A program made the translations under genes and the position numbers. From positions 6,758,001-6,822,000 of the forward strand of contig OX597820.1 in the NCBI GenBank assembly GCA_951406725.2: a stretch of 64,000 nucleotides of DNA, given 5' to 3'. Source of the stretch: Octopus vulgaris (taxonomy: Eukaryota). A model generated the notes under the pieces. It did not search any database. It was not told the DNA's origin and saw nothing but the letters and a program-made list of their open reading frames with translations. Positions 1 to 13,035 of the stretch are shown piece after piece. How positions within the stretch are numbered: the stretch's first letter is position 1; each line of letters begins with the position of its first letter.

Positions 1-1009
1 TGATAAGACGCTCAATTTATTGTGACTCATCGTGTGATACACTACACATTTTATGGCAGGTCATATATATTGTGGCGCATCATATATAATGTGACGTGTC
101 ATATGATGTAACGAACATTCAGCCTAAATCTATTGACTGAAAATATTCATAAATCTATTGACAAATTGATTCATTCTAAAAATTCCTCCGTTTAACACTT
201 TACTTGAACTCCTCTCCATAACCTCCCTAAATACTTTCAAACACATACAACAGTTTATTTCAATTTTTTAAATCCCATTACACAACCCCAACTACCCACA
301 CCACCACTGTTATCCGGTAATAAAACAGAGTTTTGCATATGCCTATATATAAAAGGAGTTTCTTGATAATTCCGTTCTGCCATAACCATAATCTTTCCTG
401 TCGTTATTCAAGTCTATCTAAGTGTTTTCTTTCTCTAGTGATATGCTTTGATTAAATGTTCCGTTCGATTTATGATATCACACCATGTAATATATTACGT
501 TCAATCTATAATAATCATTTCATGAGGAGAACATTTTACAAAATAGAAGCGAAAGAATGAGAGGAAAAAATAGAAAATGGAAATTCCTTTTATATTCTAA
601 ATGGCATTCGAGATGAATAATTAAACGAAGAATTTGAAGCGCGGGTCGACAAGGTACATCTCAGAAAGTGTATGCGGTGTTGTTAAAGGCATCAACGTCA
701 AACTGCTAACATCGAGTTCAGCAGGGGATGAGAGAGAAATTTCTATACACAACTGAAGGAACAGCAGAACAGGGGTAAGAGACGGAGAGGGGAAAAAATA
801 GCAGAAGAAAAGACACATACAGGCACTTGCACACGCATTTTCACACCTGAACGGAATGTGTGTATTTTATATCTGTACGAATACGTAGGTATACACACAC
901 ATATATTTGTGTATGTGCTCGTCTACGGATATGAAGTGTATAATATATTTCTATTCATAGACACAAAGAAATATATACATGTGTCACTATATATAACAGT
1001 TTATGTTTG

Positions 1010-1102
<93 letters not shown>

Positions 1103-1428
1103 GTGTGTGTGTATGTGTGTTTGTGGATATGTGATTTTATATAGACCAAAAAGATATAAAGATAAAGAGTTAGATATATTTGTGTATACTACATATCCAT
1201 GTGTGCAACCGTATATTTGACAATAAGTGTGTGTGCGTTTTGTATATAGGAAAGAATAATTTCAATAAGTGTTGGTAGACAAAACGTACAACTTATCTCT
1301 TGCGGTATATTGTTAAAAATAGATGAGATCTGATGTAAAATCATATTAAAGGGGGACAAACAGAGAGAGATAAAGAATGTGTTTGGATGCAAGTGGGATT
1401 TATATCGTGCATACATTTATATTTATAC

Positions 1429-1495
<67 letters not shown>

Positions 1496-1747
1496 TTGTA
1501 TGTATGGTAAACGGACGAATGGATTTTGCGGTATATCTACAAGTGTTTCATTAAGAGAATATATTGTGACGTAAAGTTTAACAAGAAGCCTACTAGAGAC
1601 TTGCAAAATTCATAAGACTATCTATATGCATAAACATAACCGTGCTTATATCGTGTGTGTGTGTGTGTGTGTGTACATCTATGTTTGTATGCATGTATAT
1701 ATATATATATACATATATATATAAACGCATGTATATTTATACATATT

Positions 1748-1854
<107 letters not shown>

Positions 1855-3500
1855 CTGCTTGTATTGATAATCTGGTGTATGTCTTTAGTATTTATGTATG
1901 TAGTGTATACCATAAGTGAATTTAGACGTGTCTTCGTCAACAATCGTCTCATGAATGAATCTTAAATTTCAAGTATGGCTATGAGTGGAACTTGACGTCT
2001 AAGTATGAGCATGAGTGGAACTTTGAGACCAAATATCCCAATGAGCAAATACCTAAACTGTTTGTTCTAAACGTTTACCTAATTACAAAACCTCCCACTG
2101 ATGATCATCGCTAGATTTTAAGTAACGAAGTACAAAGGGAAAGGACAGAAAGTTAAAGACTGCTACAGTTGGAGAAACGTATCATATTTATTACGCTTCG
2201 ATTCACTCCATGAAATCTTCTTTGGAGAAACTTGGAGAGAGAGACCATCAAAGTTTATCGACAAAATAACATTATAATTCACGTTGAGTATAAATTGCTA
2301 TGACTTGAGGACGTCTTTGTTAGAAATATAATCAGGATAAATAATTTTGTTTTGATTTTTTTTACGTGAAATTTGTTCCGATTTTGTGTTATTAATTGAG
2401 ACATGTTCGGAATGAATAATTACTGCATAAACAAAAGTCACAAAGCCAAAAACAACTGTCTCGCTACAACCACCACTACTACAACTACTACTACTACTAC
2501 TATCATTATTATTATTAATATAGAAACAATGTGACAAAATTTAAAATAGATTTTGTTTTAAACAGTTATGATGAACTGTTCACAATTTTGATAAATGTAG
2601 TTTTAAAATTTACATCAAATAATAGCATTATTGATTTCGTTTCTTATAAATTCAGGGAAAAAAATGTATTATATTATTATGTGAAGGAAACAAAATATAA
2701 TTTTTTTTTGTTTTCGTGTACTTTTTTTTTATTTGAAAATGTTGCTGGTGTTTCTGGGTTTTCTTTCAACTTGGCAAAAAATCGACAATTTCTTGATTAA
2801 ATATTTGAACAAGGTGAAAAGTCTTCAAGATAAACAGAAAATGGCCTCTTACTGAATTTTGCGTTTCGTCGGAAGATTCTGGCGTTAGTTGTCACCTTTG
2901 ATACTAAAGAGACTTTCCAATATTCGGTAAAACTATTATTAAATGAAATATTGTTAATGGTTTAAGAAAAAAGAAAACAGCCAAAGAATTTGTAATATAA
3001 CGAAGGAAAACAAAACAAGCAAAAACAAAATAAGCAAAAACAAAAAAAATGGAAACATTCTTTAGACCAGAAGATAATTTAAAAAGTTTTCAGTTGAAAA
3101 AAAAAAACAATAACAAAACCAAGCACCATTTGCCCACTACATAATACAACTTCCTCTAAACTAATTGAAAAGTATTCAACTTCTTTCTTTACAATAACTG
3201 ATTACATCCGCTAAAAGGAAGTTGGAAAAAAGACAGCCGCCATTAAGAGATGGTAATAACGAGGAGAGTTGTGAGTGAGTGTGTTGCAAATATTGGCTCG
3301 AAAAATGACTTATGTTGCTATCGATGTGATCAAGAAGGATTAGTAGCAACAATAACAATACGTTGCTAATCTATCAGTTATGACAACCGATCGAAGGCGT
3401 TGACTATACAGAATATCGAACCAACGTCGGCGAGGTGTTCGCCGTCTCTTCGCCTCATAGAACAAGCAACTAAATGTCCCTCAAACCATAAACCTAATGT

Positions 3501-3573
<73 letters not shown>

Positions 3574-3884
3574 TGTATGTAAATATATATATATGAATAT
3601 TATGTTATATATCTATATCTATATATATATATATGAAAGTTATATATATTATATATCTATATATATATATATATATATATGAATGTTATCTATATTATAT
3701 ATCTATATATATATATGAATGATATCTATATCATATATGTATATATATATATGAATGATATCTATATCATATATGTATATATATATATCAATGATATCTA
3801 TATCATATATGTATATATATATATGAATGTTATGTATATTATATATCTATATCTATATGTATAATATATATATATATATAATGT

Positions 3885-3936
<52 letters not shown>

Positions 3937-3961
3937 TGTTATGTATATATATATATATATA

Positions 3962-3993
<32 letters not shown>

Positions 3994-3998
3994 AATGT

Positions 3999-4035
<37 letters not shown>

Positions 4036-4051
4036 CGAAAACAGGTTGACT

Positions 4052-4095
4052 GTGACTTCGACGTTTCAGCTTGCTCGCCTTCATCAGGGGAACAC
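4052..4095 (-). ncRNA. Putative minimal type I hammerhead ribozyme motif (Penelope-like element terminus)
   Basis: Minus strand reads CUGAUGA-A-GGC gagcaa GCU-GAAA-C-GUC, a canonical core with a palindromic ACGU helix III. Helix I is weak. Adjacent to (TA)n. Confidence 0.6.
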
Positions 4096-4489
4096 GAGGA
4101 AGCCGAATCTTCGAAGTCACTTTCAAAGCGTCTGCTTGTAATATTTTTAATGCACATGGCTTCTTCTAAAGCGTATTGAATAATACTTCAGCTTCATTTA
4201 TATTACTTTGGATTTCACCTCTGATTTGCCTTCTAACCTGTAACCGTAGTCGCAGAAATAGGCGAAATAAATTTCCCAAGCGTACAGGAAGCTCCTATCA
4301 TTTTTCACAAACCCTTAGGGAAAGCACATCTAGGACAAAAATACTCTGGCCTAAGATTTGCACTCAAAATATCGTGTCAGTAACCTTGTAATGCTTTTCA
4401 CTTGAAGCTACTACAGCGACCGAATAAGTGACAAAAGTATCGTACAAGATTTTGTCCTTTAAATGTGTATTTGTATATATATATATATA

Positions 4490-4634
4490 ATATATACGAC
4501 TGGCTTCTTTCAGTTTCCGTCTACCAAATCCACTTACAACGTTTTGTTCGGCCTGGCGCTATAGAAGAGGACACGTGCCCAAGGTGCCATTTCGTTAGTA
4601 AGCAAGCTGCTTACTACACAGCCACTCCTGCGCC
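4490..4634 (-). mobile_element. SINE family B, 5' part
   Basis: Reverse complement of the head of 11004-11170, with an internal deletion. Confidence 0.8.
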
Positions 4635-4959
4635 TTCACAGACAATTTTTACAGGCCAGCGAAGCAAAACCAGAATTACCAGTCAGAGAAATTCACATGA
4701 GTGACTAACAGTTACAGGCGTTAGATACTGATCGATGTGAATAGCCGTAGACTGGAACTTTACTGCGAAACACCACGGTATCTGTCCGCATAATATATCC
4801 CTCCAAGCTCACATTTATACCACGACTGCGTATGTCAACAGGTTGCCCAAACTGCGCCAGTGCTCTTCTCAACACTTAAACACACTAAATTTATACATAT
4901 TAGTCCAAAATATCAATTATTAATTATGTGTATGTATACATGTATGTATGTATATATAT

Positions 4960-5135
4960 GATCAGCCGCTAGCCACTAATGCTTTTCTTATTCTCTCTCT
5001 GTTTATTTTATTTTCTGTTGAAGAGCATAAGCTCGAAACGTAAGAGTGTTTCTCACCTTCCCGAGCGGTAAACTAATATACCTGTTTGTTGTTTACACAC
5101 TTGTCTTCGTCTTTTGTTGTCTTGTAAATTACAAC
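4960..5135 (+). mobile_element. (TA)n-flanked repeat of the same family as 55151
   Basis: Contains CTGTTGAAGAGCATAAGCTCGAAACGTA and the same downstream blocks. Confidence 0.85.
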
Positions 5136-5405
5136 TATATATATATATATATATATTTATCAATATAGGGTAGCAAAAAATTAAAGAAAAAATTCAAGAA
5201 AAATTTTCTGCAACCAGCGGTCAAGTGAGAAAATAGAAATAGTCACAGACTATATAATATATTCAACAATATATTAAGGAAAGACCCTTACAGGTCATTC
5301 GACTCACTTGAAAAGAGCAGCCAAAACTCAAACCACAAAAATAGTAGTAATTCTGAAAGCTAAAGGAGAAATGAAAACGTTTATCCTTTTCAACTTTGTA
5401 CCCTG

Positions 5406-5470
<65 letters not shown>

Positions 5471-5704
5471 CATGTATATGTGTGTATACAGACAAACCCG
5501 CTCACACACACACAAATAAATATATATGAGAGTGTGGGAAGGAACCTCTTTTGCAATCACACGATTTCTGGTTCAGTTCTGCGGCACAGGTCTTTGGGCA
5601 AGAGACTTCTCAGTGCGGCTGACATGTTGTCAAGTGAGCATGAACATGTCTGATGTTTAACATGTATATATAAATATATATATATATATATATTTATACA
5701 TACA

Positions 5705-5915
5705 TAAGTGTGTCTTTGGGCATGTGTTTATCACCCACTTCGGTTTTAAAATCGGTGTTAGTTCATTTACATCCTTGTGCGTTAGCGGTTTGGTAAAAGA
5801 GACTGAGAAAATAAAGATAGGACTTAAGTATTTCGGGTAACTTCTTCGACTAAATCTTTCGAAGCGGTGCCCCGTTATCGCCACGGTCTAGTGAATTGAA
5901 ACTAGTAAAAGGAAA
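5705..5915 (+). mobile_element. SINE family B, diverged 3' part
   Basis: TTAGCGGTTTGGTAAAAGAGAC...GCGGTGCCCCG...GAAACTAGTAAAAG matches the family B 3' half. Confidence 0.65.
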
Positions 5916-6475
5916 AGATATGTATGTATACATCTATGTGCATGTGTGTGTATATAGATATGCCTGTGTACACCCCCCCCCCCACAATCACATACACACA
6001 ATCACATACGCATAACATTTTGCCTCATTTTCCACTTCCCTGTAACTCATCGATAAACAAAATGTGTTGCAAACCTGTTCTCCCACAAAACTAATGACAT
6101 TCGCAGAGATTTTGCAGTCTTTTAGCTTTAATACCATTTTTCCTAAATTTCCTGAACAAATCTGCAATATTTTCCGGAACTGAAGGGAATAGATGAACTA
6201 TATCTAAATGATGTTCAGTATTGACTTGTGTTTCTCCGTCTTGTTGTGATCTGCTTCAGATTTTAGTTGCTAGGGGATTGCTCTCATAGTCAAGGGTTTA
6301 AAGAAGGACAATCGCAAAACAGACACAGACACTCTCTTTACATTTTACTCTCCCATTTTCTCTTTCCCTCTCACACACGCACCCATATATGACTATGTCA
6401 ATCAGTTCCTATATGCGTATGCAAGTGCGCGTATGAAAATGCGTGTGTATAAATATATGTACGTATATGTATATA

Positions 6476-6700
6476 TTTCTTTACTACCCACAAGGGGCTA
6501 AACATAGATGGGACAAACAAGGACAGACAAAGGGATTAAGTCGATTACATCGACCCCAGGGTGAAACTGGTACTTTATTTATCGACCCCGAAAGGATGAA
6601 AGGTAAAGTCGACCTCGGCAGAATTTGAACTCAGAACGTAGCGACAAACGAAATACCGCTAAGCATTTCGCCCGGTGCGTTGACGTTTCTGCCAGCTCGC

Positions 6701-6704
<4 letters not shown>
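6476..6704 (-). mobile_element. tRNA-derived SINE, family A (full length)
   Basis: GGCGGCGAGCTGGCAGAAACG head, B-box GAGTTCAAATTC, central GCCTTTCATCCTTTCGGGGTCGATAAA (Deu/Nin-domain-like) and tail GCCCCTTGTGGG..AAAGAAA. More than 10 copies occur in the window. Confidence 0.9.
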
Positions 6705-6768
<64 letters not shown>

Positions 6769-6949
6769 AATATATTTAAAAAAACTTACTGGGAGAACAG
6801 AAAGGAAACGAAACGAAACGTCGCGAGGGCGCTCAGTCATGCAATAATATGATAAATAAAATATATGCATACATACATACATATATGTACGTACCTACAT
6901 CTACATGTATATATACATGCATATATAAATATATATACGTGAGTACAGG

Positions 6950-7024
<75 letters not shown>

Positions 7025-7941
7025 TACACACACGCACACAAACACTAACACATATATGAATGTGTATGTATATATATTTATATATATATATATACATACA
7101 CACACATATACATTTATATATACGTGTGTATGTGTATCACAAAAGATGTTACAAAGAGAAGATGAGTAATATAGATCGTCTGTGTACGTAACTGATATTA
7201 TAACTATTAAGGTGTGTAGCTATATATGTTTAACATGTGAATCAACACGCCAACTACAGACATTTAATTTTATCAATCTATCTGTCTCTCTGTCTGTCCA
7301 ATTATCTATCTATGTATTTGTTAGTCTGTCTGTTTATATGGGTGTGTGTGTGTTTGTGTGTGTGTAGATAGATACGTACATATACACACACACACACTCA
7401 CAAACATGCATACGTATGGATAGATATTGAGAGTAATTACTTTGAAAATTATTGTGTGTGTGTAAGCGTAAAATGGGTGTGTGAAAGGGAGAGAGACAGC
7501 CAGCGAGACAGACAGACAGACTGATTGTGAGAGAGAAATTTATCTGCATATAAAATCTCTCTCTCTCTCTCTCTCTTTATATATATATATATATACACTT
7601 TTTTTTTATTAAAGCTGTAAAATTATCACAGAACTGGAGCTTTAATATAAATTGGCATATCAGTCTACGTTTGGTATTCGGGTACTGTGCTTTCCACCCT
7701 GTTCTGCACTCATGCGGTCATTCAAAGATTTACAATTTAGGATTGTGATAAACCATAACTTGGGACCCTACCAAAAGATTACTTGGAGTTCTTCGCTAAT
7801 CTCAGTAATAGTGTTACACAGCAGAGGGCTTAGAAATATTTGGCCCAGATTGATAATCCCTCAATACATATATAAAAATGTGTGTGTGTGTGTGCGCACG
7901 TGTGTGGTAAAGTGTATTTGCCAACATAACATGGAAGTCCT

Positions 7942-7992
<51 letters not shown>

Positions 7993-8110
7993 CCGAAACT
8001 ACGAGGATGATCCGGTTCTTGACTGAAGATTGAAGCCTTCGAATGTCCCGTCCGTGTTTTTTGTATCGTCTTCTAAATGTTTTACGTTCTTGTCCCAGTT
8101 TGTATTTTTC

Positions 8111-8164
<54 letters not shown>

Positions 8165-8354
8165 ATGCAAAAATTTACAAATTTTGATACATCCATACAT
8201 TATATATGTGTATACATGTATATATTTATATATGTACTATGAGAGTGTGTATATATATATTCGCATATATACATACATATATGTGTTCATATGGCTGCAG
8301 TAAGAAGTTTTCTCCCCTACTATTGCTGTGTAAATACACACACATACACAGGTC

Positions 8355-8397
<43 letters not shown>

Positions 8398-8617
8398 TAT
8401 ATATACACATGTAGTATTATCAAATGGCCACAGGATTTTGGTAGTCTTACTGTTTATAGATGCAACCGTCCTATTGCTGCAACACATCTCAATCCCGCGC
8501 TTTGGACGCGAGCAGGAAATTTGAGCAGTCAGTCAGACATTGAACATCGTCCCTATCAATATTTTACATGTGTTGAGTACTTCATTTTGTTTTTGACGAC
8601 ACTTGCAAATTCATAAA

Positions 8618-8668
<51 letters not shown>

Positions 8669-8685
8669 GAATGCTGAAATTTAAG

Positions 8686-9004
8686 GGTGCCTGGCTTAGT
8701 GATTTGTGCATTCGTCTCCCGATCGTCAGGTCATGAGTTCAATTGTCGGCGACGCGTTGTGTCCTTGAACAATACACTTTATTTCACGTTGCTCCAGTCC
8801 AAATACCTGGCAAAAATGAGTAGTACTTGTATTTCAAAGGGGCCAGCCTTGCCACACTCTGTGTCAAGCTGAATCTCCTTGTGAACTACGTTAAGGGTAC
8901 ATGTGTCTGTGGAATGCTCAGCCACTTGCACGTTAATTTCACGAGCAGGCTGTTCCGTTGTTCTTATCAGCTGGACCCCTCATCGTTGTAACCGACAGAG
9001 TGCT
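8686..9004 (+). mobile_element. tRNA-derived SINE, family C
   Basis: A-box TGGCTTAGTG, B-box GAGTTCAATT, GTGTCCTTGAACAATACACTT, and a 3' module ATTTCAAAGGGCCAGCCTTG...GAACTACGTTAAGGGTAC shared with 19998-20337 and 41465-41720. Confidence 0.8.
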
Positions 9005-9071
9005 AATATGTATACTATTTATGCTAATATGTATACATACAGGTCTCTATGTACTTATTAGTGAGTGTTTG

Positions 9072-9359
9072 TATACCCACATATATGTGTGTATATGTAT
9101 CTATATATCTATTAGTATGTATATATATATATATATATATATATACTAATAGATATATAGATACATATACACACATATATGTGGGTATATATATATATAT
9201 ATATACAAATAGATATATAGATACATATACACACGTATATGTGGGTATATATATATATATACTAATAGATATATAGATACATATACACACATATGTGGGT
9301 ATATATATATATATATATATACACTAATAGATATATAGATATATATACACACATATGTG

Positions 9360-9365
<6 letters not shown>
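9072..9365. repeat. ~57-60 bp minisatellite with embedded (TA)n; first unit inverted
   Basis: ACTAATAGATATATAGATACATATACACACATAT(AT)GTGGG occurs four times, with its reverse complement at 9072-9118. Confidence 0.9.
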
Positions 9366-9412
<47 letters not shown>

Positions 9413-9640
9413 CAAGAGTGAGAGAAAGGGAGGGGTGTCGAGATGGGGAACATAGTTTTCTCGGAGTTACATTAACATGTCAATAATTATGTTTACTTAT
9501 GTCAGAAACTTAGAAAATGTACTTTAATGACAATTATTAAAGAAACAGCTTTTAGTCACAACTTTTCAAATTGAATTAGTGAAGTAAACGACACTAACTG
9601 TGCAAATGTACCGCGTGCAGATATGTGTATGCGTACATAT

Positions 9641-9720
<80 letters not shown>

Positions 9721-10053
9721 CGAGCGCTCAGGGAAAGTAAATAAGACTAGACGTCTGCAGTTGATGGATTGATTATTCTGTTCAGTTGAATGGTGTTTGT
9801 AAGTGTGTGTGTGGTTTTGAGTGTTTGCGCCTGTTTGGGTGTGTATGTGTTTGTGTTTGTCTGTGCGGTAGTTTGTTTGGACATACACCTGTAAGTTTTT
9901 ACAATCAGACAAAAGTGCGTGTATATATATATATATATATATATATTTGGATGTAGACGTATGTGTCAATTGAGAGACAGACAGATATACTCATGGTTAC
10001 CTACTTTTATGTCTGATTATAAAAACGTAAATATGTATGTCCAAAACAAACAT

Positions 10054-10088
<35 letters not shown>

Positions 10089-10119
10089 TATATATATATA
10101 TTCATATATATATATATTC

Positions 10120-10155
<36 letters not shown>

Positions 10156-10348
10156 CATATACACATATATATATATATATACATACATTTATATATGTAC
10201 ATACATTTATATATTTATATATATATACGTTTATATATATACACATATACACACGTATATATACACATATATTTATGTATTCATATATATATATACATGT
10301 CAACATTCATATGTGTATAAAATACATACATATGTAGTGAGAGTGAGG

Positions 10349-10428
<80 letters not shown>

Positions 10429-11003
10429 AGTGAAAGGAATGCATATTCAGATATAATAGAATTACGTCTGAATACTCATTCAACAAGATTTCATTAATTT
10501 GTTACTCCGAGTTTTGAGTGAATATTAAGACTAATTATATTATAAATTACATTTAAATACTTATATATGGATGAAAACTAAGTCTATATCTGCAATGATT
10601 ATAAAAGTTCAAATCTCACGTTTTAAAGTTTAATAGTGCATTATATAAGGATTTTAGAAGGAAGATAGCTGTAAATATATAAATGTTAATGATTATAATT
10701 ATTTTAAATATATATATAAGATTAAAGTAAAGAATAAAAGGAAGAGAGGGGGAAGAGAGAGACATAAGAAGGAATAAAGAGATGGAAATGTGGAAGTTGA
10801 AAAGAAAGGAAAAGGAAAAGATAATATACAGGGAATGTGGCATGGGTAGGAAGAGGAGGAGATGAAGGAGAAGAAGAAGTGGAGGAGGAGAGGATATGGG
10901 CCACTAACAAATCTCTAGATATCAACACATTATCGCGTATAAATGAAGAATATACGGTGAGGTTACGGGAAAAGTGTACACAAAACACACATACATATAC
11001 ATA

Positions 11004-11420
11004 GGCGTAGGAGTGGCTGTGTGGTAAGTAGCTTGCTTACCAACCACATGGTTCCTGGTTCAGTCCCACTGCGTGGCACCTTGGGAAAGTGTCTTCTACT
11101 ATAGCCTCGGGCCGACCAATGCCTTGTGAGTGGATTTGGTAGACGGAAACTGAAAGAAGCCCGTCGTATATATGTATATATATATATATATATGCGTGTG
11201 TGTGTTTATGTGTCTGTGTTTGTCCCCCTAGCATTGCTTGACAACCGATGCTGGTGTGTTTATGTCCCCGTTACTTAGCGGTTCGGCAAAAGAGACCGAT
11301 AGAATAAGTACTGGGCTTACAAAAGAATAAGTCCCGGGGTCGAGTTGCTCGATTAAAGGCGGTGCTCCAGCATGGCCGCAGTCAAATGACTGAAACAAGT
11401 AAAAGAGAGTAAAAGAGAGT
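11004..11420 (+). mobile_element. tRNA-derived SINE, family B (CORE-like; octopus OR-type candidate), full length
   Basis: A-box TGGCTGTGTGGT, B-box GGTTCAGTCCC, CORE-like GGCACCTTGGG(C/A)AAGTG, an internal TA/TG microsatellite, and tail GGCGGTGCTCCAGCATGGCCGCAGTCAAATGACTGAAAC plus GTAAAAGA repeats. Confidence 0.9.
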
Positions 11421-11811
11421 GTACACAAAATACACATATACACACAGACAGAAATACATACAGACACAAAGACATTCGTATGTGTGGCTGAGAATTAAAA
11501 TATATATATATATGAAAGAAAAAAAACACGCCTAGATGTAGGTGGATGTCGCGAGATGGAAGAGAGAAAGTTGTGTTAGAAGGACAGAGAAGGGGGAGGT
11601 GTGAGTTTATGAAATATGAGGAAAGAGAAGGGTGGGGTGGGGGAATAGATTGGTATGAGTTCTAATAGAAGGAGAGATAGTGTGAGATGGGAGAGTGATG
11701 CAAACATGAGAGCGGGAAAGAATCGAAGAATCAGTGGATGCAAAATAGTGAAAGGTGCAAGCAGGGATATCGATATTACACCAGCAGTAGCAGCAGCGGG
11801 AAGACTACTGA

Positions 11812-12038
11812 TCATACTACTACTGCCACTACTACAATTACTACTATTACTTCTACTACCACCACCACCACATCCACTACTACTAATGCAATTACTACTA
11901 CTATCATCACCACTACCATCAACACTACATCTGCTACTACTACCACTACCATCACCACCACCATCACTACTACTACTACTACTACCATCACCACCATCAC
12001 TACTACTACTTTACTACAACAACAACAACTACTACTAT
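11812..12038 (+). repeat. Degenerate (ACT/ACC)n array
   Basis: Directly visible. Confidence 0.95.
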
Positions 12039-12040
12039 CA

Positions 12041-12280
12041 TGAAAGAAAGGGAGAAATTGATAAATATTGAGCTCTGAGAATTGAGATCGCCAAGATGAG
12101 GCAGCTGAGAGAGTCAAATATAAAGGTTGTCCCTGTTGTCATCGAAGCATTGGGCTCAATACGACGACCCAACATGAAACAATATTTGGAAACTTCAGAA
12201 ATACCCTACAATCGGTTTTACTTGGAACTGCGCGCATTCTGCGTAAAGTACGTCAGTTTGAGGTCCTTGCTGTAACTTGA
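12041..12280 (+). pseudogene. C-terminal RLE fragment of an R4/Dong-type LINE
   Basis: Translates as IDKY*ALRIEIAKMRQLRESNIKVVPVVIEALGSI...LGTARILRKV, the typical RLE-LINE C-terminus, with a stop codon and indels. Confidence 0.8.
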
Positions 12281-12295
12281 AAGATATTACAAAAC

Positions 12296-12490
12296 GCGGC
12301 GAGTTGACAGAAGCGTTAGCACGCCGGGCGAAATGCGCAGCCGTATTTCGTCTGCAGTATTTCGACTTTGCCTTTCATCGTTTCGGGGTCGATAAATTAA
12401 GTACCAGTTACGCACTGGGGTCGATGTAATCGACTTAATCCCTTTGTCTGTCCTCTCTGTGTTTAGCCCCTTGTGGGCAGTAAAGAAATA
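12296..12490 (+). mobile_element. SINE family A, internally deleted, with 13-bp TSD
   Basis: Family A sequence flanked by AGATATTACAAAA on both sides. Confidence 0.88.
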
Positions 12491-12780
12491 GATATTACAA
12501 AATCCCCGATACACACACACCGTTTCTTCCATCTATAACATCACAATATCAAAAATTTGTGCCACGTCTTTAATAATAATAATAATGATAATTAATCAAT
12601 TTGGGGGTGGGGGAAGGCTGCGTGATTACAGAGACCGTCAGGCATAGCTGTTCCTTATTTCATCGACCACAAGAGGAAAAAAAGTGAAGTCGACTTCGGC
12701 GGAATTTGAACGCGGGATGTAGAGGCGGGTGGAATACAGCGAAGCCTTTGCCAACACGCCGCCTTCAATAATAATAATAA

Positions 12781-12781
<1 letters not shown>

Positions 12782-12811
<30 letters not shown>

Positions 12812-13035
12812 AGGGGTAGGAAGAAGAGAAAGAAGAAGAAGAAGAGGGGTAGGAAGAAGAGGGGTAGGAAGAAGAAGAAGAAGAAGAAGAAGAAGAAGAA
12901 GAAGAAGAAGAAGAAGAAGAAGAAGAAGAAGAGGGGTAGGAAGAAGAAGAAGAAGAAGAAGAAGAAGAAGAAGAAGAAGAAGAAGAAGAAGAAGAAGAAG
13001 AAGAAGAAGAAGAAGAAGAAGAAGAAGAAGAAGAA
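12782..13035 (+). repeat. (AAG)n array with GGGGTAG interruptions
   Basis: Directly visible. Confidence 0.97.

Noticed and set aside
160-540. Possible Penelope remnant (IPPFN, KYFQTH)
   Set aside because: Too degenerate to support without a profile search.
8021-8050. CTGAAGA...GAAT motif (also 33164-33190) as a hammerhead
   Set aside because: GAAA is replaced by GAAT in both copies and no helix I pairing could be found.
11004-11075. tRNA-like A and B boxes
   Set aside because: A SINE head; no complete cloverleaf, and it continues into the SINE body. No true tRNA gene was seen.
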